A stretch of 64,000 bases of DNA from the NCBI RefSeq assembly GCF_009914755.1, contig NC_060940.1. One strand, written 5' to 3'. A model generated the notes under the pieces. It saw only the letters and a list, made by a program, of their open reading frames with translations, did no database searches and was not told the origin of the DNA. Origin of the DNA: the human T2T-CHM13v2.0 reference genome, Homo sapiens. Made by a program: the position numbers and the translations under genes. Below, one piece after another: positions 63,313-64,000 of this stretch (position 1 is the first letter of the stretch; every line of letters starts with the position of its first letter).

Positions 63313-63815
63313 GTGAATGGATGGACAGACGAATGCATGGATGGATGGACGGACGGATGAATAGATTGGATGGATAGATGGATGAATGGATGGACAGATG
63401 GATGGATGGATGGTCAAATAGGACAAATGGATGGACAGGTGGATGGATGGGTGGGTGGATGAATGGATGGGTGGGCAGATGAATGGACAGATGAGTGGAT
63501 AGATGGATAGGGTAGATGGATGGATGACGGAAGAGAAAAATGAACAGATGGATGGATGGTTGGGAGGATGAATGAATGAATGAATGGATGGATGAATGGA
63601 TAGACGGACAGATGGATGGATGGGTAGACGGGTGGGTGGATGGATGAATGGAGAGATGGGATAAACAGATGGACAGATGGATGGACAGATGGATGGATGG
63701 ACAGATAAATGGATGGGTGGTTGGATGGATGGACGGACAGATAAATGGATGGATGGGTGGGTGGGTGGATGGATGGATGGATGGACAGATGAACAGATGG
63801 ACGGATGGGTGGATG
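63313..63815. repeat. About 500-bp degenerate (GGAT)n/(TGGA)n simple repeat
   Basis: Directly visible. It is the source of the spurious HPSI-rich ORFs. Confidence 0.95.
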
Positions 63816-64000
63816 TGACATGAGTTGTGGGTATAAGAGATTGAAGAAATAAACGAACATCCAGTGAGAAAGGGAGTGGCTGAGTTAGTAGCACAGTGAT
63901 GGGTTAGAGAGGGCAGGGTATAAGTGAGAGCTGGATGAACAGGGGGTGTGAAATGAGGGGGCTCAGAGGTAGAACTGAGTGTCTGCAGTGTGAGAATCCA

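Noticed and set aside
63073-63894. 273-aa and 148-aa minus-strand ORFs
   Set aside because: They are translations of the (GGAT)n repeat (HPSI repeats), which lacks stop codons by composition.

Overview
This is primate DNA, almost certainly human, from inside GRIN2A (NMDA receptor subunit GluN2A), transcribed on the minus strand. It holds two coding exons of the amino-terminal domain: 51975-52567 (593 nt, D139 to P336) and 4997-5111 (115 nt, P336 to K374), separated by a 46,863-nt intron. The rest is intron, filled with about 21 Alu/FLAM copies, old L1M, L2 and MIR fragments, MaLR LTRs, MER/MADE DNA transposons and simple repeats. I see no RNA genes, CRISPR arrays or prokaryotic systems. The main hunt results are: (1) a candidate 90-nt, stop-free, in-frame cassette exon with strong splice sites (57147-57236); (2) a candidate poison exon whose acceptor is built from a (CA)n(UC)n microsatellite (53985-54031); (3) the two real exons form a phase-0/phase-0 708-nt unit that would give a stop-free circular RNA; (4) local rearrangement scars, namely a 29-bp micro-inversion, a zero-spacer inverted Alu fusion, 25-bp and 99-bp dispersed duplications and two twin-primed L1s; (5) a 33-bp minisatellite. 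Repeat subfamily names and boundaries were assigned by eye from remembered consensus sequences and are approximate. All splicing hypotheses are inference and need RNA data.
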